DNA of 64,000 nt from an uncultured Gammaproteobacteria bacterium (GTDB lineage: Bacteria; Pseudomonadota; Gammaproteobacteria; CAWCPV01), in NCBI GenBank assembly GCA_963797555.1, contig CAWCPV010000014.1, positions 416,001 to 480,000 of the forward strand, read 5' to 3'. The notes under the pieces are model-generated. The model did no database searches, was not told the DNA's origin, and worked only from the letters and a program-made list of their open reading frames with translations. Positions within the stretch are counted from its first letter, which is position 1, and every line of letters begins with the position of its first letter. Shown here one piece after another: positions 23,070-34,723 of this stretch. The position numbers and the translations under genes were made by a program.

Positions 23070-26000
23070 TCACGGCCCCTTGCTCCCGCCCCCGAGCACG
23101 CCCTCGATACCCTTCACGCTCTTGCGGATGGTGCCGCCGACGCCCTTCACCGCCTTCCCAACGTCCGAGACGACACCCTCGACGGCGCCACCCACGCCTC
23201 CCGCCCCGTGCCGGGTCGAAGCGCCGGACTTGAGCATTCCCACACAGGGATTGTCGCGCACTGACCCCTGCAGCGCGTCTGCCGCAAACGCATAGGCGGC
23301 GTAGCTCGGCGTGAGCTTGGCCAGAAACACGCCGAGGTGGAGTAGAGTCGAGGTTTTGTCGACGGAATGTCGGGGATCGGAGAGCGGACCGCTGAGAGCG
23401 ACGGGGACGGCCACGTTTAGCCGGAACAAGCCCTTCGAAAAGGGCGTCACCCTGAGATCGAGGGTCTCCTTCGCCAGGTTGACCTTGCCCTCGACCCAGA
23501 CGGTGGAGTACTCGGTATCGACGAGTCCCACGCCGACCGTCGCCGCCCCGCGCTTCATCTGCAGATCGCAGATGGCGCAGTTGAGCGTCGCCAGCTTTGC
23601 GTCTTGGCTGAAGAGCTGGCCTAGGGTGAGCCGCACGCCCAGCACCAGATGATCCAGGGGCCGAGCGTCCAGCTTCCCGTGCCCGACGGCGAAACGGGCG
23701 TGTCCATCCAGACTGGCCATGAGATCGGCCAGCGAACGGCCCTGACCCCGGAGGTCCACGTCGATGGCGGCGCGACCTTCGAGGAACCCTGCGGCCTTGG
23801 TTCTGGCGAGGACCTTCGTGAGATCCATGCCCGGGTCCTGCACCCGGAGCTTCACGGCCGGGAGCTCGCCAGTGCCGTTGACCTCGAGTTCCAAGCGCGC
23901 CTGGGTTGCGGAGGTCTCCGGGATCACCGCGGTCGCCCGCAGCAGGCCCCCGTCCAGCGCGACCTGCGCTTCGATCTCGTTTGCGACCCGGTAGGGAAGC
24001 CGCAAACCCTGGCCGTGGAGGGTGAGGTGCGCGTCCAGCGCCGACAGCGCATCGAAAGGCAAGGGTGTGGGCGAGAATACCCGCTTGGTGCCACCGGATT
24101 GGCGAGGGGGCTTCGCTTCCGCGCCGCGCGGAAACCAGGCCGCTACGTCCAAATCCTCCGCCCTGATCTCCGCCTCGATCGAGGGCCGCAGCGGCCCGTG
24201 CCGGAAGCGGGCCGTGCCCGACACACGCCCGTGGTCCAGGCGTAGGTCGAGCCCGGATACGTCGAACGAGCCCGGCTCCCCGCGCAGCGCGAAGGCAGCT
24301 TTCACCGGGCGCACTTGGGGCACCCCGCCACCCCATGCCTGGCGAATCCTGTCGAGGTCCTGGGCTTCTGCCGTGACCGCGAGGTCCAGCCCCTTCGCTG
24401 CCAGGGGATCGGCCACCGAGCCCTTAGCGGTCACCTGCACCCCGAGCACCGTGCCCGCGACGTCGACCGGATAGCCACCGGTCCTCGTCAACCACCAGGC
24501 CGGGGTCCCCAGGCTGCCCGTCGCTTCAAACGCCGTACCCCCCCAAGTCCCTTTGCCGCTCAACGCGATCGGGGTGTTCGAGGTAAATCGAGCGTCGCGC
24601 AGGCGGCTGAGCTCCACGTCGACGCGGTCCCCACGCTCTTGGCGGACATAACTCGCGTGGACGTTGCCTTCCAGGCCCCGCAGCAGCTCCCCGAGCGTCC
24701 GGCCCCGGGCCTTGCCCTCCCCGATCAACGACAGCACCGCATCCTTGAGCTTGGGCGCCCGTTCGGGGCCGAGGAGGCGCCCGGGCTCGATACGGAGTGC
24801 GCTCACCGTCACGGCGACAGTCGGGCTCGCCGCCCGCACGACCGCGCTGCCCTCGACCTCCAGACCCGTCGCCTGAACACGCAGGTCTTTCGCCGAGAGC
24901 GTGCCGTCCTTCAGGCGGATCCCCAGCGCCAGGGTCTGCACGGACAGGCCGGGCAGCGAAACGCGCTCGCCACGCAACCTCAGGCCCGCATCCAGCTTCT
25001 CCAAGACCTGGTAAGGCAAGGGCTCCTCGAAACGTGCGTTCCATGGTTCCCGCTTCGCGCTGGGAGACGAAGGTCCGGCCGCGGACAGCCATGGCGCCAG
25101 GTCGAGGTCTCGAATGGCCAGGTCCCCCTGGAGACGGGGTCTGCGGGCACCACGGACCAGGGCGAGCCGGCCGGCGATCTTGGCGTCACCCAGCGCCGCA
25201 TCGAGCGACCCCTTGGCCGCCTCGGTGCCCCCCGTGACCTTCACCGAGAGCCGCAGCGGAATCCCCGGCGGAACGACCTCGCCGAAGGCCGAGCGCAGCC
25301 CGTCGAGGTCGTGCGCCTTTGCGGTCACCGTCAAATCCAGTCCTTTCCCGGCGAGAGGTTCGGCGACTGTTCCCTCGACCTCGGCGTTCACCCCAAGGGC
25401 CGTGGCGGAGAGACTCACGGGCAGAGGTCGACGCGTCTCGGGCCTTGCGCCGGGGGCGCCCACGTGCCCCTTCACGTCGAAGGCGCGGCCCCCCCAGGCA
25501 CCTTCACCACTGACCGCGGCCGAGATGCCCGCCGCCGCGTCGTCCGCCAGTCGCTGGAGGGCGAAGGACACGTGATCGCCGCGCTTGGCGGCGATATAGC
25601 TTCCATCGACGGTTCCGTTCAGGTTCGCTAGCGAGATCTCCAAGCGTCTTGCCCCGGGATTTCAGATCACTCTTCAGGGACAGCACGGCGTCCCCGAGGG
25701 CGGCCCGGCCCAGAAGCCGGCCCAGGTCGACGTGCGGCACCTGCACCGTGAGCGCGACGCTCGGCTCCGGCGCTCGGCCCAGGACGGCGGCTTTGCCTTG
25801 CAGCTCCAACTCGGGTGCTCTGAGGTCCAGTCGGCTGACGGAGAGCGTGCCGTCCTGGAGGGAGAGCTGCAGGTCAATCGACTCCAGAGACAGTCGGGGC
25901 AGCGCGACCCGTTCGCCGCGGAGCCGGAAATCCGCGTCCAGCTTCTCCAAGACCCCGAAGGGCAACGACTCCTCCAAACGCGTGTTGGGCTGGTCCCGCT

Positions 26001-26850
26001 TCTCCTCGGGAGAGAATGACCGGGCGAAGGAGAGCCACGGCCGCAGGTCGAGGTCGCGAAGTTCAATCCGAGCCTGCAGGTGGGGTCGCGCGGCGCCGCG
26101 GCGCAGCGCAAGCGTGCCGGTGACCGTGGCGTCGCCCAGCGCGCCATCGAGCGAGGCCCTGGCCGCATCGGCGTTTCCCGTAGCCTTCATCGACAACCGC
26201 AGCGCAGTCCCGGCGGGCACGGCGTCGCCGACCACCTCCCGTAACCGGTCCAGCGAGCTGGCCTGGACGCGGACCTCGAGATTCACGTCCTGCAGTTGCA
26301 GCGGCTTCCCCAGGACGCCTCTGACTTCGCCGGTGATCCCGAGGGCGGTCCAGGTGACGTTGAGCGGGTACGGCCCGGTCCCACGGACCAGCCCGGCAAG
26401 GACACCCGGAGGGCCGCCCCCTCCTCCGCCCTTCCGAGCACCCAGTTCTGCCGGCCGGTCGCGCCCCTCTCCAGGTCGAGCCGGGCGTCTTCCAGGACCA
26501 GCCGAGTCACCGCAAGGTCACCTCGCAGCAACGGCAGGAGCCGGACCTGCAACTCAATCCGGCCCGCCGACAGCAGGTCCGGGGCAGTTCCCCAGCGGGC
26601 GTTCGCGACCCGGACCTGCGTGACCACGAGGGTGGGTCGAGCCGAGAGGGACAGGGTCAGCGCACCGCCCAGGGAGACCTCGCGGCCGGTCGCGTGGGTC
26701 AGCAGCCGGGCTACGAACTCCCGGTGGTCGGAGAGAGGTCGCTCTACCTCGGTAGAGCAACCACCCCGCCAGCGCCAGCCCCAACAGGACGGGCACCGCG
26801 AGTAGCATGAGCAGTGCGCTGAGCAGGAGCTTCGGGAAACTGAGCGACAT
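23070..26850 (-). CDS. Large AsmA-family protein (several apparent frameshifts)
   Basis: N-terminal TM, ATGREV..G, NARWG, LLPLLRG; C-terminal LNCAI, GKVNLAKETLDL, PVALSGPLSDP; split over ORFs 26554-26850, 26283-27032, 25504-26286 and 23070-25643. Confidence 0.8.
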
Positions 26851-27331
26851 CGCGTCCTCCGGAGGGTACGGTTCGCGGTGCTCTGGAGCGCTGCCGCCCA
26901 GCGTACCATTTTCGGGGCTTCGTCGGAGGCGACGACGCCGCCAGCCGCGCGGCCCGGACGCTCAGCTACCAGCAGCGGACATCCACCGCCGAGTGCGTCA
27001 TTGCCATCGCGAGAAACCGCGGAGGATGCCAAATCACCGTGCGTGGGCCGCGGAAGGTGAAAAGGGTGTTGCTGTGCTGGGTGCGTGCTCGCAACCTGAT
27101 GCAGGCAGCCTTGTTGCCGACCAATGATTATCAGCGCCCTTCATAAGGTATGCGCTTGTCTGGTAAAGAACTCGACACGAGCTCTGACTCCCCATCCTGG
27201 CCCCAGAGTCCTCATCCGGCCCAACACAAGACGAAACAAGTACCCGCATTTGCCTCATGGCCCGACGAACCTGGGGTATGATTTGACACCAACGCCGAGA
27301 GGTCCCAACTCGGTCTCTGGGAGGGGGAAAG

Positions 27332-29414
27332 ATGCGCTGGGAAGGGGTGGTGCTGGAGGGGCGTTACCGCATCACGCGCTCGCTCGGCAAAGGCGGCATG
27401 GGGGAGGTCTATTTGGCAGAGGATGCCCGAACCTCGGGCAGGAAGGCGGCGATCAAGGTCCCCCTCCCCCACGTGCTGGCCCAGGAGGGGTTCCGCGAGC
27501 GTTTCGCGCGGGAGATCCGCAGTCTTCTCGGCTTCGAGCACGCCCACGTGGTGCGGGTCTACAACGTCGGCGAGCACCAGGGCACCCCTTATCTGGTGCT
27601 GCAGTACCTCTCGGGCGGCTCGCTGGAGCAGCGCCTGTCCAAGGGCAAGCAGTCGCCGAGGGAAGTGTTGGAGTGGCTGCCGAAAGTCGCCTCGGCGCTG
27701 GATGCCTTGCACGCGGGCGGTCTGGTACACCGCGACATCAAGCCCGGCAACATCCTGCTCGACGAGCACGGCGACCCCTTCGTGTCGGACTTCGGCATCG
27801 TCAAGGTGCTCGGTGAGCTGAGCCTCACCCCAATGGACGCGGATCTGGGCTCGCCGCAGTACATGGCCCCCGAGTCCGGGACGAAAGGCGGCTACACCGG
27901 AGCCTATGACCAGTACAGCCTGGCAACCGTGGCGTATCAGGCGCTGTCGGGGCAGCTGCCTTTTGGGTCTTTCGACAGGTTTCGGGACTACTTGGCGGCG
28001 GTGATGACGCAGCCGCCCCGGCCGCTGGCCGAGGTAGCACCCAACGTGCCGGCGCGGGCCTGCGCCGCAGTCATGAAGGCCCTGTCCAAGGAGCCGGGGG
28101 AGCGCTTCGGGTCCTGTCAGGCCTTTGCCAAGGCGTTCGAAGCCGGGCTGACGGTGCGCAAGCCCCCAGGACGGCCGGATGACACGGTCAAGACACCGCC
28201 GGGCGGTAAGCAGGCCGGGACGAAACCGGAGCAGGAACCGAACGGGGAAGATCGCCGTCCCCCTCCACGGCCGGTGTGGATTGGCGTGGTGGCGGTCATG
28301 GCGCTTGCGGGGCTGCTGGCCTATTGGGTTTGGCCGAGCGGCAAGCCGCTGCCCGAGCAGCTCGCGGCGTGCCGGGTGCATCTCGAGGCGGGTCGGCTGA
28401 GCGAGGGGGCGGGCGGCAACGCACTGGAGTGCTACCAGGGGGTGCTGCAGCGGTCCCCCGGCAATGCCGAGGCGCTCAAAGGGTTGGAAGCCATCGCCGA
28501 GCGCTCCTTCAGCGCCGCGGAGCAGGCGCTGGCGAGCGGAGAGTACGACCAGGCCGAGCATGATCTGGAGCGCGCGGCGCAGGTGAGCCCGGAGCACCCG
28601 CGGCTGGCGGCACTCACACGGAAGCTCAGGGAAGCTCGAGTTGCCAAGGCGCCTCCGCCAGCGGCGGAACGACCCATCTCCCGAGCCGCCGCCGCCAGAA
28701 CCGGAACCGGCACCACGGTGGCCGTCCCCTCGGAGCCCCTCGACTTCGAGCCCGAGATGGTGCGGGTCTCGCGGGGCTGCTTCCAGATGGGCAGCCCACG
28801 CACCGAGGCGGATCGCGACAAAGACGAGCGCCAGCACCGGGTGTGCGTGGAGGATTTCGAGAATCGGGAAATACGAGGTCACCCAGTCCCAGTGGGCTGC
28901 GGTGATGGGGAGCAACCCCTCGACGTTCGCCGGCTGCGACGACTGCCCCGTGGGGAACGTCTCATGGAACGATGCCATGCACTACATCGACAAGCTCAAT
29001 GAGCTGACCCACAAGCGTTATCGGCTGCCGACCGAGGAGGAGTGGGAGTACGCCTGCCGGGGCGGTCGGCCCGGGGAGCGTTACTGCGGGGGAGACGCTG
29101 TGGACGCCGTGGCCTGGGACGAAGAGAACAGTGGTGGCAGGACCCACCCGGTGGGGCAGAAGCAAGCCAACGGCTTCGGGCTGTCCGACATGTCGGGCAA
29201 CGTGTGGGAGTGGACCTGCTCGGTGTACGACGCGGTGTACAGTTACAATGGCGGTCAGCACCGCTGCGCCGACCAGTTTGATTCCGGCGATCGTGCGCTG
29301 CGGGGCGGTTCCTGGCGCGTGGGATCGGGGGACGTGCGGGCCGCGGACCGCAACTGGTATACGCCGACGCACCAGTACGACGACTACGGCTTCCGTCTCG
29401 CCCGGGACCCGTGA
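27332..29414 (+). CDS. Ser/Thr protein kinase-TM-helical-FGE/SUMF1 (CLec-fold) protein (apparent frameshift near 28862)
   Basis: LGKGGMGEVY, AIK, HRDIKPGN, DFG, YMAPE; TM segment; FQMGS, GKYEVTQ, RLPTEEEWEYACRGG, DMSGNVWEW, RGGSW, GFRLAR. Confidence 0.9.
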
Positions 29415-29415
29415 G

Positions 29416-29481
29416 CTTTGTACTTTGCGCTTTGTCCCTTTGCGCTCCCTCCCCTGCTTGCGGGGGAGGACCGGGGAGAGG
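29416..29481. repeat. CTTTG-core tandem repeats followed by a GC-rich hairpin
   Basis: ctttgta-ctttgcg-ctttgtc-cctttgcg, then ctcccctgcttgcgggggag, immediately after the FGE gene stop. Confidence 0.7.
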
Positions 29482-30125
29482 CGGCGGATGGTCAAGAAGG
29501 CATTGGCGGTGCCGCGATCGCGCGCACAGCCCAGTGATCGGCCCCGGTACCTTCCGCAGCCTCAGCGAGACGAAGTGAAATCCACGATCTCCCGGTCGCC
29601 GCCGGCTCCCCGGTCGCGCCGAAGCCCCGCTCGGGCTTCGGGCCGTTTGCCCGGTTATCCGCCCAGCCACGGTCTAGGTGCAGACGCGGATCCCCCGCGC
29701 TTTGGCACCGCGAAATGCCGCAGCAGCGCACGCTCGCCGATGCGTCCAGCCTATGCGCGGGCTTCTCGGTACTCAGCCTTGCGCGCACAATGCGTCCGAC
29801 CAGCCGGCGCAAGCACCGCTAGCGGCTGGGTCGAGCGGAGGGCTATTGCTGCACGATCGTTTCGGCCGTCGCACGCTCCTGGAACGCGAGAGGTAGCCGA
29901 GAACACCGCGAATGGCTAATGGGCATTGAGCCCATCTGCATACTGTCGCTGATCGAATAAGCGGTCGGAATCTGGAACTAGCGCCCCCCAGTCAGTCGCC
30001 CTCGCCACGGCACTCACGATCAAGGCGAGCATCCCGATTCCCGCCAACTTCTCTCTGATCGCCATACGCTTCGTCCTCCCCTAGTTCGGACGCTGGGTTA
30101 TCTCTCGGTCACCCCAAGTCTGGCA

Positions 30126-30518
30126 TTATCGCCGCAGCTTCCTTGCATAACCGTAGGCAGCGTTAATCTGCTGCGACTTGAGCTCGGCAAGCTCGCGTAT
30201 CTCGGCGCCCATCTGTGCGACCTTATCTGGATGATACTGATGGATCTTCTGTTTATAGGCCGTTACGATCTGTTCCTGAGAGGCATCCTCGGACACCTCA
30301 AGGATTCTGAACCAGTTCACTGGCATATAATCCGCCTCGCTCGACTCTTCGCGGCCCGGCGATTTTTCGTGCGCTTTGTCCTTATGTGCTCGAGATCCCG
30401 AGCTATTCCCGGAACGTGTCTCGTCCGAAGCATGACGCTTCCTGTTTAACAGACTACCTACAACCCAATAGCCCAACAATAGGCCACCTACAGTGACTAT
30501 TACCTCAATGGAGGTCAT
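30126..30518 (-). CDS. Membrane-anchored J-domain (DnaJ-like) protein
   Basis: N-terminal TM; ILEVSEDAS, YHPDKV, QINAAY. Confidence 0.85.
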   Translation of the reverse strand: MTSIEVIVTVGGLLLGYWVVGSLLNRKRHASDETRSGNSSGSRAHKDKAHEKSPGREESSEADYMPVNWFRILEVSEDASQEQIVTAYKQKIHQYHPDKVAQMGAEIRELAELKSQQINAAYGYARKLRR

Positions 30519-31174
30519 AACAGCAGACTCTTAAGTCGACTTTGATAAGTTTTGAGTGCGTTATATCGAGAACTCTTTTCGTCCTCCAATTCAAGTTCTT
30601 CATCCAGTCGACTACACACGGTGTTTACTAACTGAGTAAACGTGGAAACGTCGAACACTTTCTGAGCGAAACTGATCGGGTCACCTACCAAGGAATGGTT
30701 CAAAGTAATTCTTCGCACCAAATTGAGCGCCAAAGGGACACACGCCAGAGCATCCAGCGCCAATTTGGCGCAACCCAGTCTTGTCAGCCGTAATTCCTCC
30801 CGCCGTCGGTAGATATAGATCAGCATTCCCGAAATAGTGACGTAGACAACTCCAAGCAGTGGTAGAAATCCCAAACCTGCGCCAAGTCCAAACAACACCA
30901 CCGGCAGTCCAATAAGCAAAAACGCCAAAAGGGCAACTGTCATGCACCGCAAGGGATTAAGCGTAAAGAAAAACTCTCGCAATGCATCCTCGTCCTCTTC
31001 GTGTTCACTGGACTCCGAAGCCAACCAGCATACCCGAAATATGGGCCTGTCCGGTGTTAATGGATTTGGCAGATAAAGACTTTTGCCAAATATCTGCCAT
31101 TGCGAATGAGGGCAGGCGAATACCCACCGCCGGTCTTTTTGTGTGTACACCAGTTCGTTGGAATAGAGCAACAT
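30515..31174 (-). CDS. Hypothetical membrane protein, probably 5'-truncated
   Basis: Hydrophobic segments; AT-richer than flanks; stop overlaps the J-domain gene start. Confidence 0.55.
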   Translation of the reverse strand: MLLYSNELVYTQKDRRWVFACPHSQWQIFGKSLYLPNPLTPDRPIFRVCWLASESSEHEEDEDALREFFFTLNPLRCMTVALLAFLLIGLPVVLFGLGAGLGFLPLLGVVYVTISGMLIYIYRRREELRLTRLGCAKLALDALACVPLALNLVRRITLNHSLVGDPISFAQKVFDVSTFTQLVNTVCSRLDEELELEDEKSSRYNALKTYQSRLKSLLL

Positions 31175-31689
31175 TGCCGAATCAAAGACGTAGAACCCGA
31201 CAAATCAATTGCCCATTCGAGCCGTTGTGTTGCTGGATCGTAGAAAGGTTTATACCTCCATCCAAGCACTGTCATCGGTGCCCAGCCGTGCGTGGCACGT
31301 TCTTTATTGGCCTCTGCAGTTCCTCGTCTGATCGAGTCCAATAAAGAGTCGGCGTCTATCTTCTCGTCATCCGGAACGTGACCTGTGTCGTTATACTTGA
31401 AAAGTCCAAACCATCTCTTATCCTTTGGCCCAAAATAATATTCCTTTCCAGAGGAAGGATTTTCCATGAGTTCCATAACGCGTCGAGTATCGTCCGAGTT
31501 TAGGAAGACGTAGTCGGCGGGGACCGTAAACTTCGCATTTGAGCCAACAGTCACTATCGTTGGGCCTTCAACCCAGCGGAGGCTTTGAAGCACCTGCCGT
31601 GCTTGCTCAGAAGTTGGGTCAGCTGCCGCGGTAATTACCGTAGCCACCGCCATAAACACTAAAAGAATGGCCCAGCCCAATTGTTTCAT
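31057..31689 (-). pseudogene. DUF2167-family protein, C-terminally truncated
   Basis: Signal peptide; GHVPDDEKIDADSLLDSIRRGT..ANKER, GW...PFYD...RLEWA; similarity appears to stop near 31190. Confidence 0.7.
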
Positions 31690-31729
31690 CTGAAACTCCC
31701 TATCTCGTTCAGATATTAGCGTTGATAAA

Positions 31730-31822
31730 GCCTAACATGGAAGTCGACGGTCCAAATAGCGGCACTGATCGTGCCACGGTAGCATGTAGCGGGCCAACGG
31801 TTGTCGGAACCCATTGTGAGGC
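31730..31822 (-). other. Degenerate integron attC-like site
   Basis: Minus strand GCCTCAC-AATGG-GTTCCGAC ... GGCAC/GTGCC hairpin ... GTCGAC-TTCCAT-GTTAGGC, ending ~40 nt upstream of the DUF2167 ATG. Confidence 0.45.
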
Positions 31823-32269
31823 TTATCAGGTGGCTCGCTAAACGAACTGCTCGCCGCCCCGTCGCATCCACTACCCAACGACGGCCCGCAACAATTCCGG
31901 GCTGCTTCAACGGCTCCAGCACGCGATCCGGCTCCGGGGCAGTGGGGACAGTCAGCGGTACTGTAACGCCTCCCACAGCGTGGACAGGGTCGAAGCCGCC
32001 CGCAGTATTCTCGCTCATATGTCGCGCCCCCCGCGAGAAAGAGTAGCCAGGTGAGGCCAGCCAGTCAATGCGCGCCTCGGGGCTAGTCGGAGAGTCCAGG
32101 GGCAGGTCGGTAGGCAGACAGGGCGGAATAGCCTCTGGGGCAGAGTCGGGCACGACCCATGGGCGATAAGGCGCCGACCGAGTCTCAGGCACACAAACCT
32201 CTCGGTGGGTCGCTAAGAGCCCGGATGTGTGTCTGCGAGCGCCCATCCTCGAAGATTGGGTAACCGCCC

Positions 32270-32480
32270 GGCCCCGAACCGGAACCAGCACCCGCAGTGG
32301 CCGTCCGTCCGGAGCGGCTGGACTTCGAGGCCAACATGGTGCCGATCCCGGGCGCCTGCTCCCAGATGGGCAGTCCGACCACCTCCGAGCCGGATCGCGG
32401 CACCGACGAGCGTCAGCACTTGGAGTACGTGGAGCCCCTTTCGCATCGGGCCCACCGAGGTGACCCAGTCTCGGGCGGCA
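32270..32480 (+). pseudogene. Degenerate paralog fragment of the FGE/CLec domain
   Basis: VAVRPERLDFEANMVPIPGACSQMGSP...DRGTDERQH resembles VAVPSEPLDFEPEMVRVSRGCFQMGSP...DRDKDERQH at ~28718-28900. Confidence 0.75.
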
Positions 32481-32825
32481 CGGCCATCTTATGGACCCTC
32501 GCGCCACTGCAAACATCGCCGCAAGCGTCCCACATCCCAATATCTCGAATACGCTGGCATACACCATGCTTCTTTTCGCGTGGTTTCGCCAATCGCGTCG
32601 CCAATCTTCGGATATTTCGGATCTTTTCACGATTGCGTCGCGGGGCCCAGGCTCCATAGGGTACACTTTATTACTTTTCCAGTACTGTCGTCCGTGGCAA
32701 TGATCCTCAGCTTCCGCGACGCGCCACTCGCCCTGGGCGGGCCTCGCCTCCCGCATGCCTGGAAGCAGTGCGCATCCGGACTGGTCCGGCTGTAGAACCC
32801 CCAGTCGGATACATGTGGAGCCCCG

Positions 32826-33461
32826 ATGAGCCTTGAACTGGACCCGACCGAAATCAGAGTCCTCGGTTCCCTCGTCGAAAAGGATTTGACCACACCAGAT
32901 TACTACCCGCTGACCGTGGCCGCGGTTACCGCGGCGTGCAACCAGAAGTCGAACCGCGATCCGGTGATGAGCCTGAGCGAGCACCAAGTGATGGACGCAC
33001 TGGAGTCGCTCGGTCGCAAGAACCTGGCGCGGGAGAAGGGAGGGGCCGGCGGCCGGGTGCCTCGCTACGCGCACAAGTTGGCAGGTACCCCGACGGCGAC
33101 CTACGACTTTTCACGGCTCGATCTGGGAGTGCTCGCCGTATTGCTGCTCCGCGGACCTCAGACGCCCGGCGAGATCCGGGCTCGGGCGCCGCGGACCTGC
33201 GAGTTCCAGAGCCTGGACGAAGTCGAGGCGACCCTCAAGGCTCTGGCCACCAAGCCGAACGGGCCGTTCGTCGTCGAGCTGCCTCGCGAGCCGGGCCGAC
33301 GCGAGTGCCGCTACGCGCATCTGTTCGCGCCCCCGCCGGAGGCCGCCGCCACGGGTGGACAGGAGGAACCGGGATTGGCGGACCGGGTAGCCGCGCTGGA
33401 GGAGCGCCTGGCCGGGCTCGCGGCCGAGCTGGCCGCACTGCGGGAAGCGCTGGGCCGCTAG
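32826..33461 (+). CDS. YceH/DUF480 family protein
   Basis: EIRVLGSLVEK..TTPDYYPLT, ACNQKSNRDPVM, LLLRGPQTPGE, RYAHL. Confidence 0.93.
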   Translation: MSLELDPTEIRVLGSLVEKDLTTPDYYPLTVAAVTAACNQKSNRDPVMSLSEHQVMDALESLGRKNLAREKGGAGGRVPRYAHKLAGTPTATYDFSRLDLGVLAVLLLRGPQTPGEIRARAPRTCEFQSLDEVEATLKALATKPNGPFVVELPREPGRRECRYAHLFAPPPEAAATGGQEEPGLADRVAALEERLAGLAAELAALREALGR

Positions 33462-34045
33462 CGGCCCGTGGGCGAGTGGAGTGCAGATCCCCGAAAAATT
33501 CGGTGGGAGAGTACCGACGGTCTTGACCCACCGACGGCCGGATCTCCTTGGTTCCCGCGCGACTCGCCTTGGCGCGGCGCGGGTTATTGCCTGCCGGCGT
33601 ATGGCGCCTTGTTCGAAGGCCATATCGGGCAGGCGACGCTGAAGGAGCTTCGCGAGGCTACCAACAAAGGGGGGGTGCAGCGATGATGGCGAGCATCATC
33701 CTCGGCGAAGAGCTTGGTCTGTCCGATGTCCCACATGCCCCGTCACTCCGGAGGACCTCGCGACAAACACGGCGGGCAACGCGCGGCTCGTCCGAGAGTG
33801 GCTCAGCGCCCAGACGGGAGGGCTACGTTGAGTTTGATCGAGGAGTGGTTTCGTCTGTCCCCGGAGCAAGCGCTTGCTCTGGGACGCACTGCCTGGCGTG
33901 CCCACGGCATTACGCCTGCGTCCACACTCGCCGTATTCGATGCGGCTGCCCATAGCCCGGCTTCCGGACGCCCCCTTCGGCGCGGCTCAAGACAGGCCCG
34001 CTCTCGGGCCGCTAGCGAGGATTTCTTCACAACCGCTGAGACCAC

Positions 34046-34723
34046 ATGATCTCCGTCATCATCCCGACTTACAACGAGGAGAAGGTGCTCCCCCGCAACC
34101 TGGGGGCACTGCTTGAGCAGCCAGGCGACTACGAGGTGATCGTCGTGGACGGAGGCAGTACGGACCGTACCGCAGAGATCGCCGCGACTCGTCCCCAGGT
34201 GCATTGGCTGACAGCCCCCAAGGGGCGTGCATCCCAGATGAACGCGGGGGCGCGGGTCGCCAGAGGGGAGTGGCTGCTGTTTCTGCACGCCGACACCCTG
34301 CTGCCGCCCGATGCCCTGCTGCGACTCAACCGTATGGAAAAGGACGCCGACTGCCTGGCCGGCGGGTTCCGTCATCGCTTTGCTGACGCGGACTGGCGGC
34401 TGCGACTGATCTCCTGGCTGGACAACCTGCGCTGCCGCCAGACCCGCATCATCTTCGGCGATCAAGCGCTGTTCGTCCGTCGCTGCCTGTTCGAATGCCT
34501 GGGCGGGTTCCCCGACCAGTCTATTCTCGAGGATGTGCGGTTCTGCGAAACGCTGGTCCGCGTCACCAGACCGTTGATCCTGAGGGAGCATGTGGTGACG
34601 GATGCACGCAAGTTCCTCGCCCGCGGGGTGTGGCGCAGCCTCGCGCAGGTGGTCGCGATCCTCACGTCGGTCGGGCTGGGGCGTTCTGTGCCCCATGCGG
34701 AATTCTTCGACGACGTGCGCTGA
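34046..34723 (+). CDS. Family 2 glycosyltransferase (TIGR04283-like)
   Basis: ISVIIPTYNEE, VDGGSTD, GRASQMNAGA, LFLHADT, FGDQALF, ILED. Confidence 0.88.
   Translation: MISVIIPTYNEEKVLPRNLGALLEQPGDYEVIVVDGGSTDRTAEIAATRPQVHWLTAPKGRASQMNAGARVARGEWLLFLHADTLLPPDALLRLNRMEKDADCLAGGFRHRFADADWRLRLISWLDNLRCRQTRIIFGDQALFVRRCLFECLGGFPDQSILEDVRFCETLVRVTRPLILREHVVTDARKFLARGVWRSLAQVVAILTSVGLGRSVPHAEFFDDVR

Noticed and set aside
33462-34045. Possible small gene(s) between yceH and the glycosyltransferase
   Set aside because: Overlapping short ORFs with no recognisable motif; cannot be supported.
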